DNA of 64,000 bases. Source: Lama glama (taxonomy: Eukaryota). Positions 12,036 to 23,657 of the stretch are shown here, in pieces (positions within the stretch are counted from its first letter, which is position 1; every line of letters starts with the position of its first letter). The stretch spans positions 6,138,001 to 6,202,000 of the forward strand of contig CM052820.1 in assembly GCA_028534125.1 (NCBI GenBank), given 5' to 3'. The notes under the pieces were generated by a model. The model was not told the origin of the DNA, did no database searches, and saw nothing but the letters and a program-made list of their open reading frames with translations. A program made the translations under genes and the position numbers.

Positions 12036-14019
12036 AGACCACTGGGGAGAATGGTCCAAGAGCCTCAGTACTTACTCAGAAAAACACCTTTGCTGATGGA
12101 TTGAATTTGGCAAAGATAAATACTAAAATGATTAGCAATTATATTGCAAGAAATGCCCAGATAAAAACAGTAGTCTCAATAATTAATTGTACCAAACTGA
12201 CATTCAGCTAATTGCTTTTACATGCAGAACCTCACCTTTCTGCTCCTGTTGCCTTCATGTTACCTGGCTGAGAACACGGGCCACTTAGGGCCTGGGATGG
12301 CAGAGCCTCATTTCCTAAACACCAATACTGAGATTCAGACAGCCTAGGGGAATTGCCCCTCAAAGTAAACAGAGGAACACACACAGGGCAGAGCCTGGGA
12401 GAGAGGAGAAAGTCACAGCCACGCTCAGGGGGTTCTCCATGCTTTACTTCACAATTCACAAGCAGAGAGGAGTCTGCCTTTGGACAGAGTGCACGTGGCT
12501 GAGGGCTGCCAAAGGCGTGTGCACCAGCCTCTTCCCTACTCCGTACGCTGCTAGCTGCAGCCCCAGCTCATGGATGCCGCCCTGCTGGCACTGAGAAAAC
12601 AGAAGGCATGAGATGATTTTTCTGTTTGGGAAGGAGAAGCAATCAACACTCGCCATGGGCGTTCCATCTGCTAGGGCGGTGACTATGTCTGTAACATGCC
12701 ATCCCAATCTATCCCCACGACAGTCATGTGAGAAGCATCATTAGTCGCATTGTTCTTAACAGATGAAGAAACCTGAAGCTTGGGAGGTTAGAAAATGTGT
12801 CCACGGGTTCAGAATGAACCCAAAAACTGCCTCTAAGACTAGCAAAAGAGAACCATAGAGAGGGGCCATCGAGGCATCTGACTGTCACACTTTCCTAGAT
12901 CATGGCTCCTTTCCAGTTTTGTACATAAATGTTTTCTTTTACAGGTCTTTGGGGTCCAAAGATTATCAATACTATCATTCCTACATTCTCTCCTACACTG
13001 CTTAGTCTGATACTATGCTAGGAGTTGGGGATTAGGCCAAAAAACAGAGCTAGGCTATTTTCTCCGATCAGCTTCAAAGACAAGTAAGTTGTTGTCACTG
13101 GACCTCTGAACTGCTCAGTCACAGACTTAAAAGATGGTGCCCTTCTCCCACTGAACAAAAACTCTGTCAACTTTATTTCCAAAGAGCAGAGAGTCAGGCC
13201 AGAACTAAGAGTATATAAACACCCCTGGGTCTGATCCCCTTGTTTCTGCGGCCACACTCTGTGTGTCTGGGGCGGCTGTCCACTGCCATCCAGTGAGCAC
13301 CAGCCCAGGGAGCTCAGGGCGGCAATGATGGGGGATGGGGCAGAGCGGCTCCCCAAGCAGCTTACGGCTTACACTTCTCTCACTCCCCAACAATGCCTGC
13401 CCTGCCACCAAGGGACTGTCCTTGTGCTCAACTGTCCCTGTCAGTCCTTGACCCCAGAGAAGTCTAGCCCTACTTCTCTGCTGAACTATTAGAAGCTGAG
13501 ATGGTATCTTTGACACAATGGCCTAGAAATCCTGGAGCTGTCTTCCAGAAACAGTGCCATCCAAGAGGAGGAATGATGGTGTTAAAGGATGTTTGGTCAA
13601 CCTTCCCTAAATGATTAATTTGGTGGGAACTGAGGGTACACAATAGTTTATGGTGTCATCCTTCTAAAGATAAATTACGAAGAATAATAATGCCCTGAAA
13701 GTAATCTGAATGGAGATTTGATCAAGAAAGCAGCCACTAACCCAGCTTCCACCCATAACACAGGAAGAGTTCACGAGGAAGACATGAGTTTCTCTTCTGG
13801 AAGGTAATGTACAGTTCCATTGGCATATGCCTATTTGAACTTTCCATTGGATAAAATTAAATAGCTTGGACATTTAAATAATTAGTCCTCAAGTCCACAT
13901 TGGGACTATTCTTGTCATCAACTGGAGTTTCCAAAAGTAGTGACCTGGGACATCAATTGTCTTTCATCTATTCTCTTCCCAGACTTAACATGATAATGCT
14001 GACCCGGCCTCACACAGCT

Positions 14020-14180
14020 GTGGCAAGTGACCTTGAGCAAGTTACTTACGTTCCCTAGACCTCAGCTTCTGCAGATGCAACAATAATAAAAGAAAACTCT
14101 TCAGGCTGTCATGAGGATTAAATGGGAAGACAAATGTAATGTCCCCAGGACTGTGCCTAACACATAGCAGGTGTTCAATG
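14020..14180 (+). mobile_element. MIR SINE
   Basis: gtgaccttgagcaagttactt...cctcagcttc...gaggattaaatg...gcctaacacatagcaggtgttcaa. Confidence 0.75.
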
Positions 14181-14800
14181 CTGGCTGCCACCACCATTCG
14201 TCATCATCATCATCAGGGGCGTGCTCCCTTTTTCCTCACTCATCACCACCTCCACTGTCCCACACACAAATACACAGAGTCAAGGAGGCAGCCTGTGATG
14301 AAGAAAAGAGACTGTCAAACTATGCCAGGCGCTGTCTTTCCAAGAAGGCCACCAACTTAAATCTCTGTAAGTACCCAGAAATCCCCCAGCTCTAAAATTC
14401 ACAAGGTAGACTGTCACAACAAACCTATAAGCATAGTGTAGTCAGAGCAAACTACAAGAAAAGCCGACGTCATACAGTGAGCTAAATTAGCAGCCCTGTG
14501 ATTGGAGACGAAGAAGGGGGCGGGCCTATGAAAGCTGGAGCCGGGAAAGGAAGGTCTGCTTCGGCATATACTTTTAATACATTACATCTGCTCCTCCCAC
14601 ACAGGTATTTCAAGTCCTGTATTTAGGGGCAAAAGAGATTTCGCAGGGGAAATGTTTTTGTGCCAGCTATTTTCAAGCACAGTTGCTAAAAGTGTGATTC
14701 CCTCCCTGACAACCCCTTTGTCGGGGAAGGCCGGTGTAACCCCCTGGGCACGACCTCTGCAGGACATGGTGAGGTGACACTTTGCCACAGAATGGCTTAC

Positions 14801-14880
14801 TTGTTGCTGTCACGGTACTCGTAGATGTGACATCCTTGAGGCAATCCAGTCTCGTGGTCCAGAGTGAAAGCAAGTTTTGG
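14801..14880 (-). CDS. DIS3L2: DIS3L2 internal coding exon, 80 nt, phase 0-2 (probably human exon 14 equivalent); not shown in the ORF track
   Basis: Reverse complement reads ctgtttag|CCA AAA CTT GCT TTC ACT CTG GAC CAC GAG ACT GGA TTG CCT CAA GGA TGT CAC ATC TAC GAG TAC CGT GAC AGC AAC AA|gtaag = PKLAFTLDHETGLPQGCHIYEYRDSN(K). This directly continues ...LRLDQ of DIS3L2; strong polypyrimidine tract and consensus donor. Confidence 0.96.
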
Positions 14881-15079
14881 CTAAACAGAGAAGAAGAAAA
14901 AAACAAGTAAGTTTTAGGTAGCAGGCTCCATTCATTCTGACAGCTGAAATGAAACAAAAAAAGTCACGCAAAATCACACTCTCTCGAGATGTGTTGTGAA
15001 GAACCTGCCCCTCTGGGAAGAGCCCGCACCTTACCAGGGACACTGTTGCCAACGAGGATTGTTACCAGGACTCTACCTC

Positions 15080-16010
15080 TTCATTCAGCATGCACCTAAT
15101 TTCTTATTAAGCACCTACTTTGTGCCAGATACTGAGCTAGCTGATGGGGAAAGAACAGTGAACAGTAGCAGAGAGGATCTTATTATGGTCTAGTAGAAGA
15201 GACAGACATTAATCACATAATCACAATAATGAATGAAAAAAATCTTTATATAGAAAACTTTAAAACAGGTTCTCTGAAGCAGGGAAAAAAATCTCCTATG
15301 TTTCTACAGAAGTAAATAACCTAACCAAGACTGGGAATGAGGGAAGGAGGAGGAGTCACCTAGATCATGGGGAGGATGGATGGGGTGGACAGGGAGAGAA
15401 GAGGGCTCTCCTCAGCAGAGAGCACGTGTAGAGCGGCTTTGGTGCAGGAGTTGTGGGAACTGAAGGATGAACACAGGAGACACAGTGGGCAATGATGCTG
15501 GGGAGGAAGGCCAGGGCAGGACATGCAGGACATTCTTGGCCACCTTAGAATTTGCGGCCTTTATCTTCACAGCAAAGGAAAGCCTCTGACATGTTTTGAG
15601 GAAGGGTTGGGTGACATAATCTAAGTTATGTTTTAGCACAATCCCTCTGGCAACTGCGGAAAGAAAAGACTGTAGGGCAGAGAGTAGAAGCAGGAGCCCT
15701 GCAGGCGGCTCCTGAGTAGTGCAGGTGAGCGGAGGGGCAGGGCTGGGACTACCGGGCAGGGGGGCAAGATGACAGGGAATGGACCATCTGAGATCTTAGA
15801 AGAAAATCTGTAGAAGGAGGATCGACAGCATATGCTGATGGATTTGGTGTTGGGGAGCAGCGAGGTTAGAAAAGAAGAAATCAAGGATGATTCAAGTTTT
15901 TGATTTAACCCTCCAGGCAGGTGTTTGTTTCATTGCTGAGTGGGAAGACTGAATCTGGGGATGGGTAGAGTCTCAAAAGTCTGACTTTGGACATCTTGAC
16001 TTGGCAGCAC
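15080..16010 (-). mobile_element. L2 LINE 3' region
   Basis: cattcagc...ttattaagcacctactttgtgccagatactgagctag, followed by a purine-rich L2 body (tcaaggatgattcaagtttttg; tttggacatcttgactt). Confidence 0.75.
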
Positions 16011-16699
16011 TCATTAGCTTTTTCTGATTAGGGAAGATTAAGAAGAAGAACTCTGGTAATAAATTAAGTCTTGGTGCCTTTCTGGATTCTGAGGGGAGTG
16101 CTCAGGTGTTGCTGGGAAGCCGGAGCTCAGCAAGTTGTGTGTGTCTTGCTAGAACCGAACCGGCTATGGCAGCACTAACATTTCCAAATGCAGAGCCAGT
16201 TACCAGATTTACAAATTCACTGGGTTTTAAAATCACCAGGGAAATTTTAACTAAAATTAACTGCACATTAGGAGGATACCTTATTGTAATTTTTTTTTTT
16301 TAACTGCAAGGCTGTTAACACAGCTAATGATCTGCATCATTAGATGCTGGACGATTTTTTCTCTTCCTTAGAGGGAAACGAGCTTGTAGGAATGGCTTGT
16401 CCTCTCACTGACCCAGATGAAAACACGAAAACAGAAACAAGCCCTTCTTTACCATCATGAAGCCAAGAACTTCAAGTCAAAGGCATGTTTTCCCTACAGA
16501 CCACTGCCTGGATTTTCCCAGCCCTCTTTCAGTAAAATAGAAAATTATTATTTAAAAAATCTATTAATTACAACCCTTTTTTCTATATTTCCCTCTTTGC
16601 AGATAAGGTCAGGCCTATGTTCATTTAGTCCATTTCAAAGACTGCATTGCTTAGAAATTTTCAAATCCTTTGACTCAGTGATTAAAGTTATAAATTTAT

Positions 16700-17070
16700 G
16701 GCTCAGAAAAATTATCATAAATGCAGGAGGGAAAGTGTTTTTTTTTTCAAAACTGTTCACCTCAGTATTATTTATTGGAAAGCTTCTAAAAAATCAGCAG
16801 TAGAATGATTAAATAAACCATACCACAGTCACATGCAGAATAGCATGCAACCGTTCAACTGTTTTATGAAGAATTTTTATTCATCTGGGAAAATACTTGG
16901 GTTACAAGAAAAGAAGCAGGATGCATATTTGATAAAACCCTCTCAAAAAAAACCCCCACTACAAACAAAAAGAACAAACACTGCATAAAAAACGGGAAGG
17001 AAGATAACAAAATGGCAACAGTGATTGCTTTACTTTCTTTGTATTTTCTAAATTCTTTATGACAAGCATG
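16700..17070 (+). mobile_element. Old L1ME-type 3' fragment
   Basis: A-rich; cagtattatttatt...aacagtgattgc...tattttctaaattct. Confidence 0.5.
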
Positions 17071-18367
17071 ATGAGATACAAGCTGCTGTCCTTAGTCATG
17101 AAGGAATTATGGGAAATTTAATCCCGGGGGATTCTCAAGGTCAAGAAACGATGTATATACCAATTCAACAGGAAGGTGAGTAAGCAGAGGTGGTGATGGG
17201 GAGGAGGAGAGAGGAAATGGGGACAGAAGAGTACGCACACTTACTGAATGGAGAACTCACACTTACTGAATGCCTACCAAGTAAAGGCTGTCCTTTATCC
17301 CGACCACAACCACCTGAATTTAGGTATTACTGTTTCCTTTTTACAGGTGATGAACGTGAGGTGGATAAAAGTTAAATAATTTGTGTGCAGGGATGAAGAT
17401 ATACCTACAGACTTGGTGTGAGGCAGGTGGTGCGGGGAATGGTGGTAGTTCGGAATGTTCCAGTTTGATTTTTGTTCTTTTCTGAGAAGTAGGAGGCCAA
17501 ATTATCTGCAAGGAATAGAGGGTTTGGTGAGAGAAGGAATGAAAGTTGGAAGAAAGTGATGGTTTGAAACTGCGTTTTTGGAGAAGAGGAAAGACAGCTG
17601 ACCAGGGAAGAGTGTAAGGACAGCCAGGGAGCATTAAGGTCTAGCTGAGGCCACAGGGTCTGAAGTTATTACAGCAACCATGTGCCCAGCTGTTGATTTT
17701 TTTCTAGTAACCTAGACAGTAGCATGAAGAAAGGAAGGTTGGTGCAGAGCAGAGTATTTTCCAGAAAGGAATGAGGGAAGAATAGGTTAAGGTATGAGGG
17801 GAGAATAGGTTTGAGGGATCAAGAGGGTAGAGATAGGATACTGACAACAGACGGACCAGGGACCCTACGGAGGAACAGGCAGGAAATAAAAGTGGAAGGA
17901 ACTGATTGGAAGAAAACCGAAGGGCCTGAGTATTGTAGGGAGCTAATATTTTTTGAGTACATCCTCTATCCTACACATCTTTCATGTGTGACTTTATTTA
18001 ATTCTCCCAACAACCCTATCCTTACGTTGCTGAGGAGTTTAAGTAAATTAGCAAGTAAGTGGCAGAAGTGAAATGTGGTCCACATTGCCAACTACTGGGT
18101 TATACTGGCTTCCTAGGTGTCCACAAGGTCAAAGGGAGGATTTGTGGGAGTCACTGGGTGAGGGTGTGGGAGGGACTGGAGGCTGTGATCAGAGAGCAGG
18201 CCATGTCTGATCTTGTAGATAAAACAGTCAACCACAAGATCCAAGAAGTCAAGAAATGGGGAGTCAGAGGTCGGGGTGGGGGGTCCTCAGTGAGGGGTCT
18301 GAAATTCATCCAGGATGATGACATGCTGTTTCCCAGGTAAACCAATCCACAAAGTGTGTCCCTGCGG

Positions 18368-18398
18368 GTGTGTAGGTGTGTGTAGGTGTGTGTAGGTG
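18368..18398 (+). repeat. Tandem 10-mer (gtgtgtaggt) x3
   Basis: Direct read. Confidence 0.85.
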
Positions 18399-18539
18399 CC
18401 TACTATGTGCAAGGTTCAATACATGAATGAATCAGTCCAACTGGTCCCTATAGCAGACACAGGTGCATATCCAGTAGTCATTTCCTCCTTCAAAATTCAG
18501 CTATACACCCTCCCACCCCAGACCAGGGAACTCAGGGGG

Positions 18540-18840
18540 AAGCAGATCCAGTCTCCAGGGCTGGGCCTGGCAGTTCTAAGATAATCTTACATATCTTTCA
18601 GTAGCTGGTCAGGAACCCAAGCCAATCAGTGCATGGGATTTCCTGGCCCTAGGAACTGGTTCAAGAATTGACATGTGATCCAACCAAGGCCAATGTTTGT
18701 TGGGTGCTTCTGGGCACAAGGGCCAGAATTGCTATAACTAGCCTGCTACCAGCCTGAGAAGGGAGCCAACTCACAAAGGAAGCAGACTCAAAAGACATGT
18801 AGAAGAGCAGAGCCAGAGCCCTGATGGAGCCGTGCCTGGC
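18540..18840 (+). mobile_element. MLT1 (MaLR) LTR fragment
   Basis: ccaagccaatcagtgcatggg...tggttcaagaattgacatgtgatccaa...gagccaac...gagccagagccctgat. Confidence 0.6.
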
Positions 18841-21753
18841 TTCCGCCAGCCCTTCCGGCCTCGACAGCTCTTTCGTAATTGCTCATTATTTCTCTGCTCT
18901 CACTAATCCACTCTCCACAACACAGCTGAGATATCGTTCTAAAACACAAGCCTGATGACACCTCCCTCTCTAAGGGCTTTGATGGCTTCCTGCTGCCTAT
19001 ATGCCTGCCATATAGAAATGAATTAAACACAGTCCAGGCCCTCTGGGGATTGGTTGCATGAACAAATATGGACTGTGGCAGAGGGATGGGAGGGGTGGGC
19101 ATGTGCTGAGGAGAGTGTGCCAACCAGAGAAGACCTCAGGGTAGTGACAGGAGTATTAAAGGAGAAATAAGTCGGCTGGACAGGGAAGAGAGCCCCTCCT
19201 TCATCCTGCTGCAAAGCTCCTCCTACACTTTGTGAGTTTGGACCCTGCCACAGCTCTCACACCTCTGGGCCCTTCCTCATGCCACGACTGCTTCTGGGAG
19301 AGCCCTTTCTGTTTGTCCCAGCAAGAGTAAAACACATCCTTCGAGCTTCTCTTTGTAAAAGTGGATCTTTTATTATTCGCTCCTCTGGTAACTGGAGGCA
19401 GTGCTGCTCTCCCCAGTGAGGTCGGGGTGTGCAGCTTCACCAGGAACCCCGGGCACTCAGTGCCTTCATCTCTGTCACAGCAGGTGCCCAAAGCCTATCA
19501 CTGGGCTGAGTTGCAGAGCAGACGTAGACCATCTTGTTTACCTGTCAACAACTAACTGCTCTAGTCATTTAATTTACAGACACAGAATCATACCCCCGCA
19601 GGCTCCCGATGTCACCCAGTCTCATCCCTGAGTTTATTACTCCTCTCGCTTCTGTAACGGGACTCCACCTCACATTTGCCTCCACCAGTACCTGTGCCAC
19701 CAGACTATCAGCCGTAGCACAAATCCTCTCTGTGCCCAGTGCTCCCATTTTGCCAGTGTCTTTGAAGAGGCACGCAGTCCTTCACTGGATAGTATTTACT
19801 GACTACATCCCACCAGCCAGTCACGGCAAAAAAACAGGCAGGCTTATAGGCTACCACCTGCACCAGTGCTGGCTCTCACCAAGGCCTGTGGGGATCTACC
19901 CACGGAGAGGCTTCAAGGGAAGTCGGCTGCAAGGATGACAGCTGCTCTGGGGCTTCACGAGATCCGGCTTTCCCTTTCCAGAGGCAGCTGCCACGTCAAG
20001 CAGAAGAGCCCGCCATGAGTCGATCTTTTTCCTGGGAGGACAGTTTCCAACCACACAACATTCCTGGTACTATGTGAGGAGGGAAGGCAGCGAAGGCAGT
20101 AATGAGGCTGCTCTGTCAGCCTCCACCAGCAGAGGAAGGAGGCCTTGAAATGCGACTGGCTAGAGGCAAGGCTTTCCTCTGGACAAAGGACCAACCAATC
20201 TCTCCTGAGCAGGGAGTGGAAGAGCCTTCTACTCCCAGGGGCTCAGGCTAGATTGCAAAGGAGGGCAGGCTCTCGGCAGCCAGGGTGGCTCCTGCTGGGG
20301 CCCCTTCTGACCTAGCCTTCCTGCCCTAGCATGGGCCCCAGGGACACCAGTGCCGTGGGCGAGCTGATGGGGCTGGAGGGGGTGGAGGGGGCTAGGAGCC
20401 TCAGGAGAGGAAGTCCTTCCCCACGTGCTGTGGGAACGCGGGGTAAAGGCCCTGTTGGGGTTGTTGGGCCTGCACACGGTCCTCTTTCAGCACCTCTGGG
20501 CGCTGGGTCGGGGAGGGTGGCAAGGGAGGCAGCAGGGCCATTCTCCCAGCTGGTGGCAACAGGTGAGCAATAAGAATGACTGATTCAGGGCTAAGCAGGG
20601 CTTCCTCAGGGTTCTCGCTTGAGAAAGAGCCTTCAGGTGAACCTAAGGGAAGAATGAATGCCCTGGGCTAAGCAGCAGAGGGGCCCACGGAGTCATTTAA
20701 TGTAACTATGAAAGGGGACATGACTTCACCTTGTATGCGGCCCAGTGAAGCCAACGGGCCAGATTATACTCAGAACTAAAAGACAGTAAATGGACGGGAC
20801 AGGAAAGGTGGCTGAGAGTGGCTTGCCAGATGTTCCCTGGGCTAGTGAGCAAATCCGTCTTCATTTCACTCAGGTACACAGTTGGCTTTCCCAAACAGCC
20901 ACACTCCTGGAGAACATACACACAGGCTACTTGGTACTAAACTCCATCAGCTAAGTAATACCAGTTCAGAGCCTCTGGTGCTTTTGAAAATGCTGGTCTG
21001 ACCTTGGAAGGGTAAGAAATGGGTTAGGAAGTTTAAGAATTGCCTGTCTCGCCTACAGTAGCTCCACAGTGACCTCTGACGGGCAACCGGTCTCCTTCTG
21101 ACCATGGCCTGGACGGCGCTTGCAGGTCGGGCAGAAGAGGGTGGTTCCCCTCTCTGCAGCCTGCTCTGTGACCAAACAGGGGTGACCTCCATGACCCAGC
21201 TCTGACTTCCTCTCACGGGGGTGTAATAAGAGAGGTAGCTGGTGAAAGGAGAGTGTGAGTTCTGGGGCCAGGATCGCTCTAGTTCAAACCAACATGGGTT
21301 CTCCGGGAGGCCTATGAGCTTGTTTCAGTCTGCTAGCTATTAGGACCAAGGTTCAAACGCAGGTCAAGGACCAGGCTGGGAAGCCTCCAGCCTCTCCATG
21401 GTCAACTCTTCCCCTCACCGTCCACTGGTCTTGCAGGGTGTCCAACTCCCTTAAGATGAAAGTGGCAAACCCCATCACAGTTCAGACATTTCAGGTATGC
21501 CACTTAATGCATACTTACAAAGAACAGAAAAGTTACTTCTACCTGAGCCTTGGTTTTGTAATTGAAAAATCTTATTAGGAGGAAATCTTCCCATTCTCTG
21601 AGGTGATCTTTAGTTTTTCTTCTTTAGTTTTCGTTGTTTGGTTTGGATTTCCTAAGCATTATTTCTTTTTTTCCATCTCCTCTCTGCTTTCTTTTATAAG
21701 ACAAAGATGCTGTGGACTTGGCTTCCACTTGGTTCACAAATGATTCTATGGCA

Positions 21754-22181
21754 NNNNNNNNNNNNNNNNNNNNNNNNNNNNNNNNNNNNNNNNNNNNNNN
21801 NNNNNNNNNNNNNNNNNNNNNNNNNNNNNNNNNNNNNNNNNNNNNNNNNNNNNNNNNNNNNNNNNNNNNNNNNNNNNNNNNNNNNNNNNNNNNNNNNNNN
21901 NNNNNNNNNNNNNNNNNNNNNNNNNNNNNNNNNNNNNNNNNNNNNNNNNNNNNNNNNNNNNNNNNNNNNNNNNNNNNNNNNNNNNNNNNNNNNNNNNNNN
22001 NNNNNNNNNNNNNNNNNNNNNNNNNNNNNGGACNNNNNNNNNNNNNNNNNNNNNNNNNNNNNNNNNNNNNNNNNNNNNNNNNNNNNNNNNNNNNNNNNNN
22101 NNNNNNNNNNNNNNNNNNNNNNNNNNNNNNNNNNNNNNNNNNNNNNNNNNNNNNNNNNNNNNNNNNNNNNNNNNNNNNNNN
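21754..22181. other. Assembly gap containing an isolated 4-nt island (ggac, 22030-22033)
   Basis: N runs 21754-22029 and 22034-22181. Confidence 0.95.
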
Positions 22182-23484
22182 CCTGACTCCACTGTACCTT
22201 GTTCCAGAGGCTCGTTCTATCCTCATTAAGGTTAAAAGTGACAGGACAAGGATTCTTCAATGCTGAGGTTTTACTTGCTCAGAAGAAAAACTGCCTGTCT
22301 CCAGAGTGATGGTCAACCCGGAGGGAAGGCTGCTCTGTAGTCAGGAGTCCCAGAGGCCTACCTGGTTGGTTCTTTCCAGGTCTGCCTCAGTCAACAAGCC
22401 GGTCCCCGGAAGAGAAGAACCTTGACCCCTCCTGCCCACCTTTCTGAGGGTCATTTCACTGCTTACCAGCAAGCCCAGGGCAGTAGAGCTCTGCTAGCCA
22501 CTGCCCCACAGCACCTCTGCCTTGATTATCAGTGGGTGAGACCAGCACAGAAGAGCTCATCCCCCATCCCAGCCCCTGCGTTAGCAGAACGGACATTCCC
22601 TTGCCCGAGCTTTCCTGATCAGGCCTTACCTGGTCACTGGGTCATGTTGCTGCCCCTCAAATTCCTGAGCAATCTGACAGCGGGGAATGCAGAGCATGGT
22701 GAGCAAGTCTGCATGTGTCACAGGCAGTCAAAGGCAGGGATGGTGCCACGAATGTGCTCGTCCTACTCACAGTAGGAGCATTTCTGAGGATTTTCATGGC
22801 CAAAGAGGGTAACTTGTGTTGGGACGTTACCAGATCAGAACCAACTCTGCTCAGAGCTCTGGGGCTCAGGCCAACCACCCTTCAGGGACTGGAGTTGCCC
22901 AAGGCTGCTTCTGCAGGGAAGGGCCCACATTGACTTGTGGGAACTGTGTATGGCCCCTCCTAATGTACAGAGGTGGTTATGCATCTTGGAGAGATACTGT
23001 CTGAATCCCTTTGCATTTAGAATGTATCAGTTCTGCTGCCTAGCCATCTACTTTCTAAGGCTTGTGGTCCTGCCCCAAATTGTAGAGAATATCCCCTTGC
23101 CAGAGCCTCCTGCTTCAGTGTCTCTGCTACACAGTTTCTATTCACACACAGCGGAGAGAAGCATCCTAAATGACAGGCTATGTGCTCACTCAGATGATGG
23201 TCTAAGCTTCATCCCCGAGTCTAGCTAGGCTACAGGAAAGTTACATCCGTAGATGACATGAGCTTGCTCACTAGCTTACTTGTCTTCCTCAAGCTGTGTT
23301 TTAATCATATCCTTCAACTTTCACCAAAGTTTGTTTTAAGAAATATAAAATATAACACCTCCTTCTTCACTTGCCAGAAATGTAAAATCTGTCCACTAGA
23401 ACACTTAATGTCCCTGATTTCAAACCTCATGTGAGAAAGTGCTTCTAGTGCTAGGAAAAGTACTCCCTGACTTTCAATGAGATT

Positions 23485-23657
23485 AAAAAAAAATTTTTTT
23501 TAATTGAAGCGTAGTAGGTTTACAATGTTGTATCAGTTTCTGGTGTACAGCATAATGTTTCAGTCATACATATACATACATATATTCCCTTTCATATTCT
23601 TTTTCATTATAGGTTACTATAAGATATTGACCATACAGTAGAAACTTGCTGTTTATC
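23485..23657 (-). mobile_element. Short young L1 3' end with 11-bp TSD
   Basis: ttttaattgaagcgtagtaggtttacaatgttgtatcagtttctggtgtacagc; TSD tcaatgagatt at 23474-23484 and 23658-23668. Confidence 0.88.

Noticed and set aside
16417-16803. 128-aa ATG-initiated ORF in AT-rich DNA
   Set aside because: K/F/L/I-biased translation that runs into L1-like debris, with no recognisable homology. Treated as chance unless expression data say otherwise.
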